A stretch of 64,000 bases of DNA from Camelus ferus (Eukaryota). The notes below the pieces were generated by a model, which did no database searches, was not told the DNA's origin, and was given only the letters and a program-made list of their open reading frames with translations. The DNA lies in assembly GCF_009834535.1 (NCBI RefSeq), contig NC_045696.1, positions 63,614,001-63,678,000 on the forward strand, given 5' to 3'. Both the position numbers and the translations under genes were made by a program. Below, piece by piece: positions 49,521 through 62,409 of this stretch (within the stretch, counting starts at the first letter, position 1; every line of letters starts with the position of its first letter).

Positions 49521-50194
49521 GAAAATACACATTGAATGCAATATTGCAACCTGCTGCCCTCCCCTGGAACTCACAGCAATTAGGAGTTGAATTCTCCAGT
49601 TGGCTGAGCTGGACTTAGAGTCCTAGCAAAAGGGACTCTTGAGAAGAAAAAAGGAATTCCACACTGGTGAGGTTAGGGCTGCGGTACTTAAAAGTGAGGT
49701 GGTTTCACGGAGACTGTTTAAGAAAGGGACGGGTCCTGATGCTCTTGGGAGACAGGGGGATTGGGTGAAAGGCAGGGGACCTGGTCCAGGAGCCTTGAAG
49801 ATCGGAGCTAGTGCTCCGGTGGGGCTGGGACTGGGTTTACCTTCTGAGCATCCCCATCTGCTCTCTTACTCCAGCCAGTGTCCTAGGGTTGCTCTATTCT
49901 CCACTCATCTCTGAAAACCTTCCATCTTCCATGCAACTTCAAAGCCCCCTGGGAAAGCCAAGTTGCCAATTAAGCCTCTTTGAGGCAGGTTCTCATTCCT
50001 TCCCCCACTAATTGAAATGTTACTCCTTTTACTAGACCCCTAAACCACCCAAACGCAACGGTCTTCCTCATTTGCATTGTAACAACGTCCCTAATGTGCT
50101 TCCAAGAGCTTTCCGTGAAGGGAACCTTCTCTCCTCTCCTGGTATGAACGTTCAAAAGCAATTCAAGGCAAAGGCCTTCATTTCCATCCCTATA

Positions 50195-50430
50195 CAGCTG
50201 CTCATTAGCTAAGGTGGAAGAAATTCCTTTTATTCTGGGTTCATTTCCCAGGATGATAATGTCTTGTTTGTCTCAGGCCACTGTTCCCAAACTAGGCCTT
50301 AATTGCTGATAGTAATTGAGTTAATACATATTTGCAGCCTGGTAAGGTGAAAGAAGGTCTCCTGCAGTTTTATTTGAGACATTTCATTTAACCTGCAATA
50401 AAGTCATTAACAAGTCGCTCAGTGTTAATG
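50195..50430. promoter_or_regulatory. Candidate developmental enhancer (homeodomain-site cluster)
   Basis: TAATTG at 50300 and 50313, about seven TAAT cores, CAATAAA at 50396; repeat-free. Confidence 0.35.
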
Positions 50431-51169
50431 CTGTCTGGTCCTTTATCTTGTCTCTGGCCCTTGGGAAAGCTGGGCGAAGGCAGATGGCTTGGGTGTAGGA
50501 TGAGTCTCAGGCTGGGTGGACTAGGGACCGGCAGACCTCACCTCCTCACCTCCAGGTTCTCTATTCAGAGAGGAGGGCCTCTCCTTGGGAAAGCAGAAAG
50601 CCTGGGGCAGCACTCCGCAGCTCTCTCAGGCAGCCAGCCAAGGAGCGCAGGCGGGGTGATGAAATCCCATCAAAGCCACAGGGCTGGGCCAGGCTCCTGA
50701 ATTAGCTCCCACCAGTAACTCGAGCCCCAAATGGCCCACAGGCTGGGCACTGAGCCGAGGTGCCAGGCTGTGCAACAGCCTGGCCACTGGAGCCCGCCCA
50801 GAAAGAGGGACTGGAAACAGGGCAGGAGGAGGGATCAGGGGCCAAGGGCAGTGCCAGGGGAAGCCAGGGATTTTCCAAACCTTACCCTGGGAGACCCGAT
50901 GGCTGCCTGTGAAGAGCCAGTCTTGTCCCATTCCCTCTCTCTCCTTCCCATAAACAGGAGGAGCCACCTCACCGTGGGGATTCCAGGCCTCTTCATTCCA
51001 TCGGAGGGAAATTGGCTTACCAAAAATGCAACCGGCTTGAGTCGACCGTGAGTCTCACCGCCCCCGGAGTGCTGCTCCCAGGTGCCAGGCACTTCCTTCC
51101 TCTCCCCCTCGCCTTGCCTGGGCCTCTGGCTACTTTTCCTTCTGGTCCATCCCTGAGGGGTGGACCAGG

Positions 51170-51522
51170 CTGGCAGAAGCAGCTGGCATTCCCCAGAATC
51201 CGCGTTGCCGAGTGTTTCCTGGATGCTCACCTACATTTCCCAGCTCCCCTTGCAGCAGACACGGCGGGGACTTGGAAGTCACAAGGGCTAGCTCTGTGCT
51301 CTTCGCCCTGTCTGGCTGCCTGGAGTGGAGATGACCCTCGGGGCAACTTTCGAAGCCAGATGTTAAAAATGGTAGAGCCTCAGTCAGCTCAAATCTTAAA
51401 TGATGGGTGGAGAGTAGCTGTCCCACCCACCCCATGTATGAACAGTGTCTATGGAGTGTAAACCGCTGTGCACTTTGTGGACTATTTGTTACAGCAGGGG
51501 ATTTGCTACCCAGCCTGAGACA
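51170..51522 (+). mobile_element. MaLR solo LTR (MLT1J-like)
   Basis: 'ctacatttcccagctccccttgcag...gaagccagatgttaaaaatggtagagcc...tatttgttacagcag'. Confidence 0.75.
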
Positions 51523-51924
51523 TTCAGCACTAGGAACTGTGGGCGCTGTTGCCTTTGCCTAGACTGCTCATCCACTAGCGCCTCTCCCAAGCATCCCTGA
51601 AGACTCAGCTCAAATTCCAGCCCTTCTGTGTCTTCCCATGGGCAGAGGAAACACAAATGTAGCCTTATCTAGTCGCTCATCTATGGGCTCCAACAGAAGT
51701 CACCTTTGCCTACCTCTGGGCAGCCTGAGACAGGCAGGGATGTGGGACATGGCCAACCGACGGAGATTAGAAACTCAGCTTGAAGGCCTCCAAACAAAAG
51801 GTAGCTCCTCTGAGACTCTGATTTTTATAGTTCTTTGTTTCTGAAATTAGGCTCAAGAGCCTTGATGAAGAGAGTAAGTACTTAGCTGATTTCTCAGGAG
51901 ATTCAGCAAGTTGGAGATGGATGA

Positions 51925-52040
51925 GCCCTTAGAAATCGTCTGCCCCCACCCTTTCCCCTACAGATGAAGAGCCAGAGGCCCCAGGTGGAAAGGCAGAAGC
52001 AGCGCCTGGGCCTCCTGACTCTCAGCCCGTGCTCCTTAAT
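51925..52040 (-). mobile_element. MIR3-like fragment
   Basis: 'cccttagaaatcgtctg...acagatgaagagccagaggccc...ctcctgactctcagcccgtgctc'. Confidence 0.65.
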
Positions 52041-52454
52041 TGTCCTATTTAAGCAAAGCACATGACATGCTGTCACCAAGTCTCCCATTGCAGCCCCTGG
52101 GCCATGCTCAGAATTATTCATTCTTTTCAATTCTCTAAGACATGCCTGTCTTCAGCCCAGTCTTTTTCAGTGTCCTCAAATTCTGCTCCACGCTGCCTTC
52201 GTCCTCTCTGAGCATTTAACATCAAGGTTCTCTGTGCTGACTTCCAGTGTGAGCATGTAGGGCAGTGCCGACATTTCCAAGGTTAATTGCTCAATATCCC
52301 TCTGGGTGGATACGGCCAGTTCAGGGAACGTAGACCTGGTCCTTTGCTCTTTAGCAAGGGGTTGGGGCAGGCAGGAGATGTGGCATCACCAAGTCATTCT
52401 CTGCTTTTTGGTCTTGTCCTTCCTTTCGAGGGAGGAAGAGTCCTTGAGAAGGAA

Positions 52455-52530
52455 TTCCAGCCCCGTTTTACAGAGAAGGGAACTGAGGCTCAGAGAGGTT
52501 TGGAGACTAGCTCAAGGCTCTGTAAGATGT
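52455..52530 (-). mobile_element. MIR fragment
   Basis: 'ccccgttttacagagaagggaactgaggctcagagaggtt'. Confidence 0.8.
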
Positions 52531-53654
52531 CAAGGCTTTCTTCTGGTTCCCCCTCCTGTGTTCTTCTCACTGCAGAGCTCCCTATCAGAGTGAGAAGCTT
52601 CTCTTTTTTCCTTTCTAAGTCACAAAAGAAACTGACATCAGGGTACAGTTTGGGGGGATATTTTAGAATTTAAAACTCAGTGAATTTCTCTTATGATTTC
52701 CCAAAGCCCAGACTTATTTTCCAGTGCTAATTTCTTAGAGTTTCAGGGGCCTATTGGTTAAAACTTGACTTCTGACCTAACTTAGGAGTCGATGTAGGTT
52801 CCACAATGCAGGCCCATCCTGTCAGCACTTTTTCTGATTGTTGGAGCTGGTTCAAAACCCACGTTTCTGCCCTCACATCCTTCCTTTCAGGAAGCTGCAG
52901 GGGAATCAGAGTCCTCGATGCTTGGCTCAGGAATGGTGTTTAAGGTCATATGGTCCAAACCTCTCATTGTATTTTGGGGTGGGGGGGGTGCGGACCACAG
53001 GCCCAAGGTGAGCCGGTGGAAAGGTTGGCCTGGTGTCCTGACTTTTCAGCACAAAGTGCTTTGTAGAGAACACGTGCTAGGAATCCAGATTGATTAATGT
53101 CTCCATAAAGCAAAGAAGGCAAAGCATTTTCTTTAAATCCCATAGCCTGGAGGAAGAAGGAGGCAGTCTCCTTTGGGAAATATATTACATACCACTCTGT
53201 CTATGAAATTGCGTTTATGAAATTGTCATCTTTTGGGGATGTGATGACTCTTTTCCTCTGGGATGGTTCCCTGCAGCTTTCCGATTCATCTCTTCTGCTT
53301 TGTCTGCAGTTTTTTTTTTTTTTTTTTCAGCTTAGTGAGTGTGTATGTGGGGAGAGGGGAGGCGGTGTTACGGGTGGGGTGACTGTCACACAGACCCTGG
53401 AGCTGGAGAAGGTTTGACAAGGCTAGAGTTGGGGTGCCCAGCAATAGCCAGTCCATAGTAATTTATTAGATGTTTAGCATAATGAAGGAACATTGCTTCA
53501 CATACGCATACTTGGTAATTCACTGGGTGCTTTGCCCGTTTGGTATCTTTTTAAATTGCTTTTAAAAAAAATCTTTGGAAAGCAGAGACTTGGAGAGGAA
53601 GAGATAACATGTTGGGGAATCTACAATACTCTAGGAAATGTGCTTCTGATTTTC

Positions 53655-53845
53655 ACATATGTATGAGAAAACTCTTTCCATCCCTGATCACACCATGAGA
53701 CAAGGGACCGTATCGTCATTGTTGTGGCCAGGACATCTGTGCTCAGAGCAGTGACTTGCCTGGGATCTCACAGCTAGGAAGTGGCCAAGGCAGGATTTGA
53801 ATTCAGATCTCTATGGGTCAAAGCCACATTTCTTCCCACAACATC
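53655..53845 (-). mobile_element. MIR SINE
   Basis: 'agtgacttgcctgggatctcacagctaggaagtggc...ggatttgaattcag'. Confidence 0.8.
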
Positions 53846-54809
53846 AGTCTGCCTCTCTGAGTGCATTGAACTGGTAACAAAAAGGAGCAATCTCCCCCAC
53901 TCTGTAGTTTGAGGAAAGCGAGTCTAAGTCTCAGAGAGGCCAGAAATACCGTAGTCTCTAATCGTAAAGTTGGGACTAAAATTCCAAGCTGTGCCAAGTG
54001 GAATGGTATTATCCAAGGAACTGTCCCCACCTCAAGAGACCAGCCATCAGCTGGGGAATCATGTTTGATCCTTGTGTCCCAACAGGGAATGGTTCAGAAT
54101 GAGCCCATGGGGAAAGGCTAGACTGGGTGGTGTGAAAGGTGAAGACTGAAGGATCTGAGATGCTGGACCTATTGTCTTGTCTATCAGTCTATTAAAACTG
54201 TCTTTGCCATAGACCGTGGATCTTCTTATACTATTTTTTAGAACCTCTTGTGATCTGGAAATAAGAAAACCCAAATCAATTTTAGATAAATATTTTGCAG
54301 TAATTGCCTTTACTTAACATGGGCAGGGCTCTCTCCCCTTGGAGAATGAAGCTGGAGCCAATGTAATCGCTGATCAGATCTTCTCCTCACAATGGTCTGA
54401 GTGGGCGCCTCTCCCCTCAATGTTACCTCCCAAAGGAACAGGGGATAAACACCCTTGTAAGAGAGTTGGTCTCATTTTGCGGACGTGAATTCAATGGCTC
54501 ACAGCTCCATTCTACCCATCCTGGCTCCGGCTTAAGTTTTAAAAACTAATTCTCTCTGCATTAATCTGAAAAGATCCTTCAAACAAAAGCTCAACATCTG
54601 AGTCTATTTACCGAGTGTGCAGCTGTGTCAATTGGGCCAAGACAAAGCGAGGCTTCCTGGTCAGCCCACAATGGGCTGCAGGTAGTCCTGCAAACAGAGA
54701 AACACAAGGCAGGGTCCTTTCAGGAGCCAGCAACCCTCCTTCCAATAGGGAAGAGCCGGAGCTGAGGGGTCAAGGGAGGAGTGCCGCCCCACCCCCACCC
54801 CCACCGCCA

Positions 54810-54842
<33 letters not shown>
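54810..54842. repeat. (CA)n microsatellite
   Basis: Seen directly. Confidence 0.95.
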
Positions 54843-54844
<2 letters not shown>

Positions 54845-55599
54845 GTGCGGGCTGAAGGATGTGATCTGTAAGCCCATCAATTAGAGCTATTAAAAAGGTA
54901 ATTAGCCCTCTTCCATGGAAACCAAGGGCAGAGATGTGAAAAGGGAAAATTCATTTCCAAGTGGTTACATTTTAATGTGACACGTACACTTTCTTAAGGG
55001 CGAGAGATGCAATTGTGGAGACTATCACTTGGTTGGTCATGATGGGAAGGTGATCTCAAGTCAATTTAAGAGCTATCTTAGAATAAAAATAACAACTATT
55101 TTTTATTATAAAAAAATTTTTTTTCTGCTATCAAATCAAACACTAGATTCAAGTCAAGTGGCCCGATGTGGGAGGCCAAGGAGGAGCTGAGAGTCATTTC
55201 CTTTCTAGTTTCCGCTCCCGAAGAGAATCGTGGCAGGAAATGAAATCTGAAAATGTCCACAACGAACAATTTGTCTTGGATTCTGATAAGTGTGAAATTT
55301 GGAATTGGTGTTTCTGTTCCCTCTCTTTTCAAACATGGGTGGGCATTTTCGTAATGAAGCCCAAAAGAGAAGAAAATGAAGACAGGAAAGACCTTTCTCA
55401 TAATGAGATTTGAAGATACCCACTGAAACGGATCTAAAGTATACGGCTCTCTGTGCAACACCGTCCCAGTTCCCAATGAACCTAGTGCATACACATATTT
55501 ACATTGTCTCTGTGTGTTTGCTCGCGTTCAAGTAAAGGATAATTTAATTTTGTTTTGTTTTTCTCCAGTGTCTGGTTCTCTTTCACTTCCCCTTCCCAC

Positions 55600-57998
55600 T
55601 TTACTGAGGTAAGATGTACATGCAGCGAGAAGCACAGATCTTAAGTGTCCAACTGGGTGAATCACGTCTTGGTAATCCACACAACAACCAAGATATACAG
55701 CGATTTCCATCATTACAGGAGTTTCCTGCCCTGATGTGGTCAATAACCCACCCCCACTCAGGCAATCACTATTTTAATTTTTATTACTATTGATTAGTTT
55801 TGCCTGTTCTTGAATTCCATATGAATTAATTATATGGTAGCAATTCTTTTTGTGTGACATCTTTCACTCAAAATAGTATTTTTGAGATTCATCTGTGATG
55901 TTGATTGAGTGTATCAGTTCATTTTCTTTTATTTGTAAGTAGTATTCCATTGTGTGACAACACCACAATGTATCTATTCTTGTGTTAATGGACATTTGGG
56001 TTGTTTCCAGTTTTTGTTATGAAATAAACATTCTTGTGTAAGATCATTTGTAGGCATATGTTTTTATTTCTCTTGGGCAATTACCTAGGAGTGAAATTGC
56101 TGAATCATAGGTTAGGTGTATTTTTAACTTTATAAGAAACTAAGAAACTGCTAGTTTTCTAAAGTGGTTGTACCATCTTATGCTTCCAAAAGCAATGTAT
56201 GAAAGTTTCAATAGCCCCATTTCCTTACGAACACTCCGTATTGTCAGTGTTTTTAACATTACCTATTCCAATGGATATGAAGTGGCAATCTCATTATGGT
56301 TTCAATTTGCATTTCTCTAACAACTAGCAAGTGATATCAAACACCTTTTCATGTGATTATTATCATCTGCATATCTTCTTTCATGAAGTTTCTGTTTAAG
56401 ATTTTGCCCATTATTTACTGGCTTTTCTTATTATTAATTTGTAGATATTCTTTATACATTCTGGATATAATCTCTTCTAACATACAGGTATAGAAAATGT
56501 TTTCTTTGTCTCTGACTTCCACTTTCATTTTTTGAATAGCATCTTTTGATGAGTAAAATTTTATTTTGATGGAATCCAATTTTTCAATATTTTTCTTTTG
56601 TGACTAGAGCTTTCTCTGTCCCATCTAAGAAATCTTTGCCTAACCCAAGACTGCAAAGACATTTCTCTACACTTTCTTATAGCAGCTCTACAATTTTAGC
56701 TTTTGTGATTAATTCTACAATTCATCTCAAATTAATTTTGTGTGTATGGTGTGAGGTAAGGGTTGGGGCTCATTTTTCCCAAGTATTTATCCAGTAGTTC
56801 CAGCACTATTTGATGAAGACTTTCCTTTTTCCATTCAGCTGCTCTGATGCTTTTATCACAGATCAATTGACTATATGTGTGGCTCTATTTCTGAGCTCTC
56901 TGTTTATTGTCTTTTTTAATGTCAATACTACATTGCCTTGATTGTTGTAGATTTTTAACACATCTAGAAATCAGATATTGTGGGTTTTCTAATCTTTCTC
57001 TTCTTTTTAAAGATGATTTTGGTTATACTAGTCCTTTGCATTTTTATATACATTTTAGAATCAACTTGTCAATTTATACAAAAAAGTTTGTTGAGATTTT
57101 GACTGGGATTATGTTGACTCTATAGATCAAATTGAGGAGCAGGAGAAAAGGCTTAATATTAAGCCTTTCAATTAATGAATGTGGTATATCTTTCTATTTA
57201 TTTGTTTTCTTTTTTCAATAATATTGTATAACTTTTAATATGGAGGTCTTGCACATCTTTATTCCTTAGTTCATGAATTTCAATGCTACTATAAATGGTA
57301 TTGTGAAAATTTTATCTTCTAATTGTTGTTAGTATGCAAAAATGGAATTGATATTTGTCTATTTGACCTCATAGCTTGCTATGTTGCTAAATTCCCTAGT
57401 TAGTTCTATGAGTGGCTTTACAGGTCCTTTAGGATTTCTGATATGTGTTATTCATGTCATCTACAAATAAAAATAGTTTAATTTCATTCTTTCCAATCTT
57501 TCTTCTTTTTATCCCACCTTATTGCACTGGCCAGGATCTCCAGTAGAGTGCTGAAGGGAAGTGGTGACTAATGACATCCTTGCCTTGTTCCTGATCTTTG
57601 AGAGAAGGTGTTCCATAATCTACCATTAAGTATGATGTTAACTATGGTTTTCTCACAGCTGTCCTTTATGAGACGTTTTATTTCTAGTGTGCTGAGAGAC
57701 TTTTAAAATCGTAAGTGACTATTGAACTTTGTCAAATGCCTTTTCATTTTTGAGATGATCATATGGTATTTTTCTATGATTCTCTTGATGTGGTGAATCA
57801 AATTGATTGCTTTTGGGGTGTTAAATCAACCATGCAGCCCTGAGATAAATCTTACTTAGTCATGATGTGTCATCCTTTTTTTTATATAATGTGGGATTTG
57901 ATTTGCTAAGATCTGTCAAGCATTTTTGCATCTGTATTTATGAAGGATATTGATCTGTAGTTTTTACTTTCTGGTAATATTTTTGTCAGTATTATGAT
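55600..57998 (-). mobile_element. Old L1 (L1MB/L1MC-like) 3'UTR and ORF2 3' half, degenerate
   Basis: 'gcacagatcttaagtg', 'atggacatttgggttgtttccagtt', 'acctaggagtgaaattgctg', 'catccttgccttgttcctgatct' are antisense L1 hallmarks. Confidence 0.92.
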
Positions 57999-58000
57999 GG

Positions 58001-58345
58001 TGCGATGGTTAGTTTTATGTGTCAACTCGGCTAGACTATAGTACCCAGTTATTCAATCAAACACTAATCTAGGCATTGCTGTGAAGGTATTTTGTGGATG
58101 TGGTTAACATCTGCAATCAGTTGACTTTAAGTAAAGGAGATTACCCTTGATCACATGGGTGGGCCTTATCCAATCAGTTGAAGGCCTTAAGAGTAAACCA
58201 GTTTCCCAGAAAAGAAATTGTTTCAGGACTGCAGCATCAATTCCTGCCAGAGTTTCCAGCCTGCTGGCCTGCCTTACACAGCTTTGCACTTGCCATACCC
58301 CACAACTGCATAAGCCAAGAGCCAATTCCTTAAAATAAATCTTTA
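58001..58345 (+). mobile_element. MLT2 (ERVL) LTR, 3' end missing
   Basis: 'tgcgatggttagttttatgtgtcaactcggctag...atccaatcagttgaaggcctt...agccaattccttaaaataaatct'. Confidence 0.9.
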
Positions 58346-58369
58346 CCTATCAACACATATAAAAATGAA

Positions 58370-59050
58370 ATCTCAATCTTGTGAAGGCTTGTTTTAAGGA
58401 TGTGGTAGGGTGGGTCTATTTCAGTTTTGTTCTGAGTATGGACCCTATTCTATGGCATGGTCCTTTCTCTGAAGGTGTAGAATTTCTGGAGTCTCACATG
58501 AATGGTGAGGTGCTCACCAAGATATCTCTTCACTCTGCTTGGCTGGAACTCCAAAGTCTTTCAGCATTGAGGACCTCTGGAGTCTCCATTCAGATTTTAT
58601 CCCCATCTAATGAGTTCTCTGATAGGTCTAATAGAGTTTTGTCCTGTGCACTTATAGCCCTGATCTCAGCCAAGAAGCCAGAGGGCATCCCCAATATACA
58701 CTTCTGGCAGCCTTCCTGCACAGCTACCTCTTTGCTGGTACCCTGCCCTACAAATTCCAGCTGCTTCAGCATCCCTGGTTTCTGCTTCCTCAACTGAGCG
58801 TGTTCACCTTACTCTTCTTGTGCCCCACCTCCCTGCACTATGATCTGGTAACTGTTCCCACGCAGAAAGCCAGGATGTATGTAGGGCTCACTTCATGTGT
58901 TTCTTTTCTCTCAGGGATTACAGTCCTGTTGTCTATTGCCCAATGCCTAAAACGAGCTACTTCACACATTTTGTCCTATTTAATGATTACCTATGGTAGG
59001 AAGGCATCTCCAATACCTGTTTACTCTATTATGGCCAAAAATGGAATTTC
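58370..59050 (-). mobile_element. Old L1 5' end region (L1M4-like)
   Basis: 'gggctcacttcatgtgtttcttttctctcagggattacagtcctg...cattttgtcc' resembles antisense L1M4/L1MC 5' ends as recalled. Confidence 0.6.
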
Positions 59051-59101
59051 ATCCATATACATATTTGTCAAACCATCCTCCAAATCAAGAACCTACCTAT
59101 G

Positions 59102-59494
59102 AATCTAAAAAAAGAAGAAAAAAAAGAAAAAGAAAAAAAGAAAAAAAAGGACACTATGAACTCATCTACAAAACAGAAACAGACTTGCAGACATAGTAAG
59201 CAATCTTATGGTTACTGGGAAAAGGGGGTGGGAGGGGATAAATTTGGGAGTTTGAGATTTACAAATGTTAGCCACTACATATAAAAATAGATTTTAAAAA
59301 AGTTTATTTTGTATAGTATAGGGAACTAGGTTCAATATTTCATAATAACTTTTAATGGAAAAAAATATGAAAACAAATAAATGTATGTATATACATGACT
59401 GGGACATTGTGCTGTACACCAGAGATTGACGCATTGTAATTGACTGTACTTCAATAAAAAAAAATTGTTTTAATCTAAAACAAAAACAAAAACA
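59102..59494 (+). mobile_element. Younger L1 3'UTR insertion with perfect TSD
   Basis: 'atgaactcatctacaaaacagaaacagac...gactgtacttcaataaaaaaaaa'. TSD aacctacctatg at 59090-59101 and 59495-59506. Confidence 0.92.
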
Positions 59495-59667
59495 AACCTA
59501 CCTATGCCATCTTCTTCATCTCATGTGCTGAGCAAAAGGCAAAAATCACCGATGAGTTCAGAAAAATCACTGGGTGATTCTAATAACACTTGTCTTCCAC
59601 CATCCTCAAAACACAAACATCATAGTTTCTGAAAATCCAAGCCAGTCCTTAGTAGTCCTTTGTCGGC

Positions 59668-59930
59668 CAGCATTTCTCAAACTGCTCTGAGGAATGCTGG
59701 CTCCATCAGCAGTTAAGTGGTAATCTGTAAATAAAGGATTCTCAGATCAAATACTTTGGGAGAAATGTTATGTCTGATTTTTTCTTCCAGGAGAGTCACA
59801 TACATATTAACATATTTAAGACTCTGACAAGTCCTGTTGAAAAGTTGTCATTACTTCAGTGTTCCCCAAACTTAATTAATTAGTAGAACTCCTTCACCGA
59901 ATAGTCATTAATATTGGAAATATGTGTTCT
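59668..59930. mobile_element. hAT-Charlie relic
   Basis: Starts 'cagcatttctcaaactg'; internal 'ggagagtcaca...attaacatatttaagactctgacaagtcctg'. Confidence 0.6.
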
Positions 59931-60799
59931 TTAGGTTCATGCATTACCTGACCTCTGATCTATTTTCCCCCAGTTTTTTGGAAAATAGTATTCAGAAGGG
60001 AAAAAGAGAGCTTTTAGGTTTGGCAAATCAGTTAACGTCAAGGCTGCTGATACGGTATATAAGCTGAGCATTTTTGATAGAGCCAGCAATCAAGCAGATA
60101 ATACAAACCTCTCCAGGAAACTATGTGTTTGGATTATATACTTTTTGGATTATATATACATACTAAATATGCAAACAATGAGGTGTTATAGGAACAGGGA
60201 CTTTTTGCTTTAAAGCTGATGGGCTTAGATCAGCATATTTATTTTTTAAAGACCCAGAAATCTGGAAGTATAATGCTAGCCTATAAAGTCTTACCCTCAC
60301 TCATATTTCATATATTACTGTATATTTTTTTAGATAATAACCCACATAAATAAATTTTATTAGTCATTTATGAACCCCCCCAACATACTTTTGGAAACAT
60401 TTTCCAGCTCAAACACCTTTTTAAAACCAAATGACATCATGTCTGTTGGGATATACTGTTCTATCCTGGAGATTGGGAACACTTCCCACCCCTCCATAAA
60501 GCAAAGGCCGCAAAGTTTATCATCATCCTCCCTAAAAGCAAGCACCTTGAAAATGTAAGCACAGTGAAACCCCAAAGCACAGCACTGAGGAAGTCAGCTA
60601 GGTTTACAAGCCTGTCCCTGGGGGAACTGTCTGTCCCACAGTCCCGGGAACTTCAGGGGCCCACGAAGGGTGAGCACAGGAAAGGACCCTTAGTTGCTCT
60701 GTGCCCCTGGGTGCTGAGAGAGGCTAACTGCATTCTTCTTGTCAGTGCCCTTTGCCCGCTCCATGTTCTGACCTGCAGGTAAAGGCAAAGTTGATACAC

Positions 60800-61195
60800 T
60801 TGTTCATCCATTCAATCCATTCATTTATCAATTAAAAACTGAGTTACTGAATGCCAGTTCTGTACCAGGCATAATTGAATGTCAGTTACATTCCAGAGGT
60901 GCTGGGATGTAGTGGTGGACAAACCCAGTCCCTCCCATAACGGAGTTTACATTCTGGTGAGGAAGAGGAATGACCAATCAAGTCCCAGAGCGAGACATGC
61001 TGTGGGGAAAAGAATCATGTTAGGAGGCTGGACAGTGTTTGGAAGAAAACCGTGTTACACAGGGTAAATAGGAAGATTTTCTATGAGAGGTGACATTTAC
61101 GCAGTGACATGAATGAGAGGACAAGACAAAGACACATTTAGGGGAAAAGATTTCCAGGCAGAGGGAACACTAAGTGCAAAGGCCCTGAGGTTGAT
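60800..61195 (-). mobile_element. LINE2 (L2a-like) 3' part
   Basis: 'ttcatccattcaatccattcattt...ggagtttacattct...ttccaggcagagggaacactaagtgcaaaggccctgagg'. Confidence 0.85.
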
Positions 61196-61211
61196 TGAGG
61201 CTTTTAGTTGA

Positions 61212-61405
61212 GTGCAATGGCTCCTATACACTAACCGGATGCATCAGCTTCACCCAGAAAGCCTGAAAACAAACCACACTTCTGGGCTTCACAATCTCAG
61301 AGCTGGATTCAGGAACCAGAAGTGGGACCTGGGAACTGAGATTTTTTTATTTTTAAAAGATTCCTCCAAAGGTTTTGATGCCTTGCCCAGTTTAGGAAGC
61401 TGTCA
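61212..61405. mobile_element. MER5-like DNA transposon relic
   Basis: 'tgcatcag...cacc...atttttttattttaaaagattcctccaaaggttttgatg...cagtttaggaa'. Confidence 0.55.
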
Positions 61406-61409
61406 ACTA

Positions 61410-61545
61410 ATCCAGTGACCTCATTTTACAGATGAAGACACTGAAGTCCAGAGAGGAGGAAAGATTTTGCCCCTGGTCACAGAATTAAACTGTGACGGAG
61501 GCAGGGCTGGAAACCATATTCCCACGCTCCCAACTGGTACTCTTC
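61410..61545 (-). mobile_element. MIR SINE
   Basis: 'ctcattttacagatgaagacactgaagtccagagagg...ttgcccctggtcacaga'. Confidence 0.85.
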
Positions 61546-61674
61546 CCCATCACCCCGCCCTCTTATCCAGCCCACCTCCTCCCCAGCTCCTTCCCATCTG
61601 CCCCAACAGAAGAGCCAACAGAAATGCGTTTCCTCCAACAAGAGTTGTTGCTAATATTAATTATTACTAAGAAC

Positions 61675-61900
61675 AATAGCTACCACATTTCGAATATTTA
61701 CTTTATTTCAGGTACTGTTCTGAGCACTTTACATACATTAATTTACTTAATCTTCATGATAATCTTACGGGATTGATGTGTTTATTAGTCTCACTTTAGA
61801 TGAAGAAACTGAGGGCGGAGAGGTTAAGTGACTTCCTGGAGGTCACACAGCTGGCAAACGGCTACCTGCCTGCAGAGTTGATGATCCTGGACTCACTGCC
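61675..61900 (-). mobile_element. MIR SINE, near full length
   Basis: 'caggtactgttctgagcactttacatacatt...gatgaagaaactgaggg...gaggttaagtgactt...ggtcacacagct'. Confidence 0.9.
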
Positions 61901-62148
61901 TTGTTGCTTCGCGCTGACCTGGGCAAGAGCTTGGGGCAGATGATTATCGCTCTTATTGATCTGCATCAACAGGAAACTTCAGTTGCCCTCCTGTGCCCAT
62001 CCCAGTGACACCTGCCGTCCCGTTATGCAGGCAGCTGGGAGCACACCTGGAGCTGGTGTTTCACAGTCCAGGCTGTGCGGTACGTCCCTGTGGACGGCAA
62101 CTGTGGTCTGAACATCATGAGTTACTTTCCAGAGACTCCCGGGGCTAA

Positions 62149-62212
62149 GGAGAAGGGTACTAGCTCAGGAGTAGAGTGCGTCCTTAGTGTGAATGAGGTC
62201 CTGGGTTCACTA
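62149..62212 (+). mobile_element. tRNA-derived SINE (camelid type), 3' truncated
   Basis: 'tagctcaggagtagagtgcgtccttagtgtgaatgaggtcctgggttca'. Confidence 0.75.
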
Positions 62213-62409
62213 AATACATAGCTGAATAAATGGTCGTTTGCTCCTTTATAAACAAAATGCACTTTATTCAAGGAGCTCCAAGATTTCAGCAACCACAGCC
62301 TCTCAGGTTGACAATACCAGATGCTTTGCCCCCACCTCTGCTTAGCGACAGCTCCAGGACCAGAAGGTCTGGGGTTGGCATCTCCTTAATCCTCACTCCA
62401 GCCAGTAAC

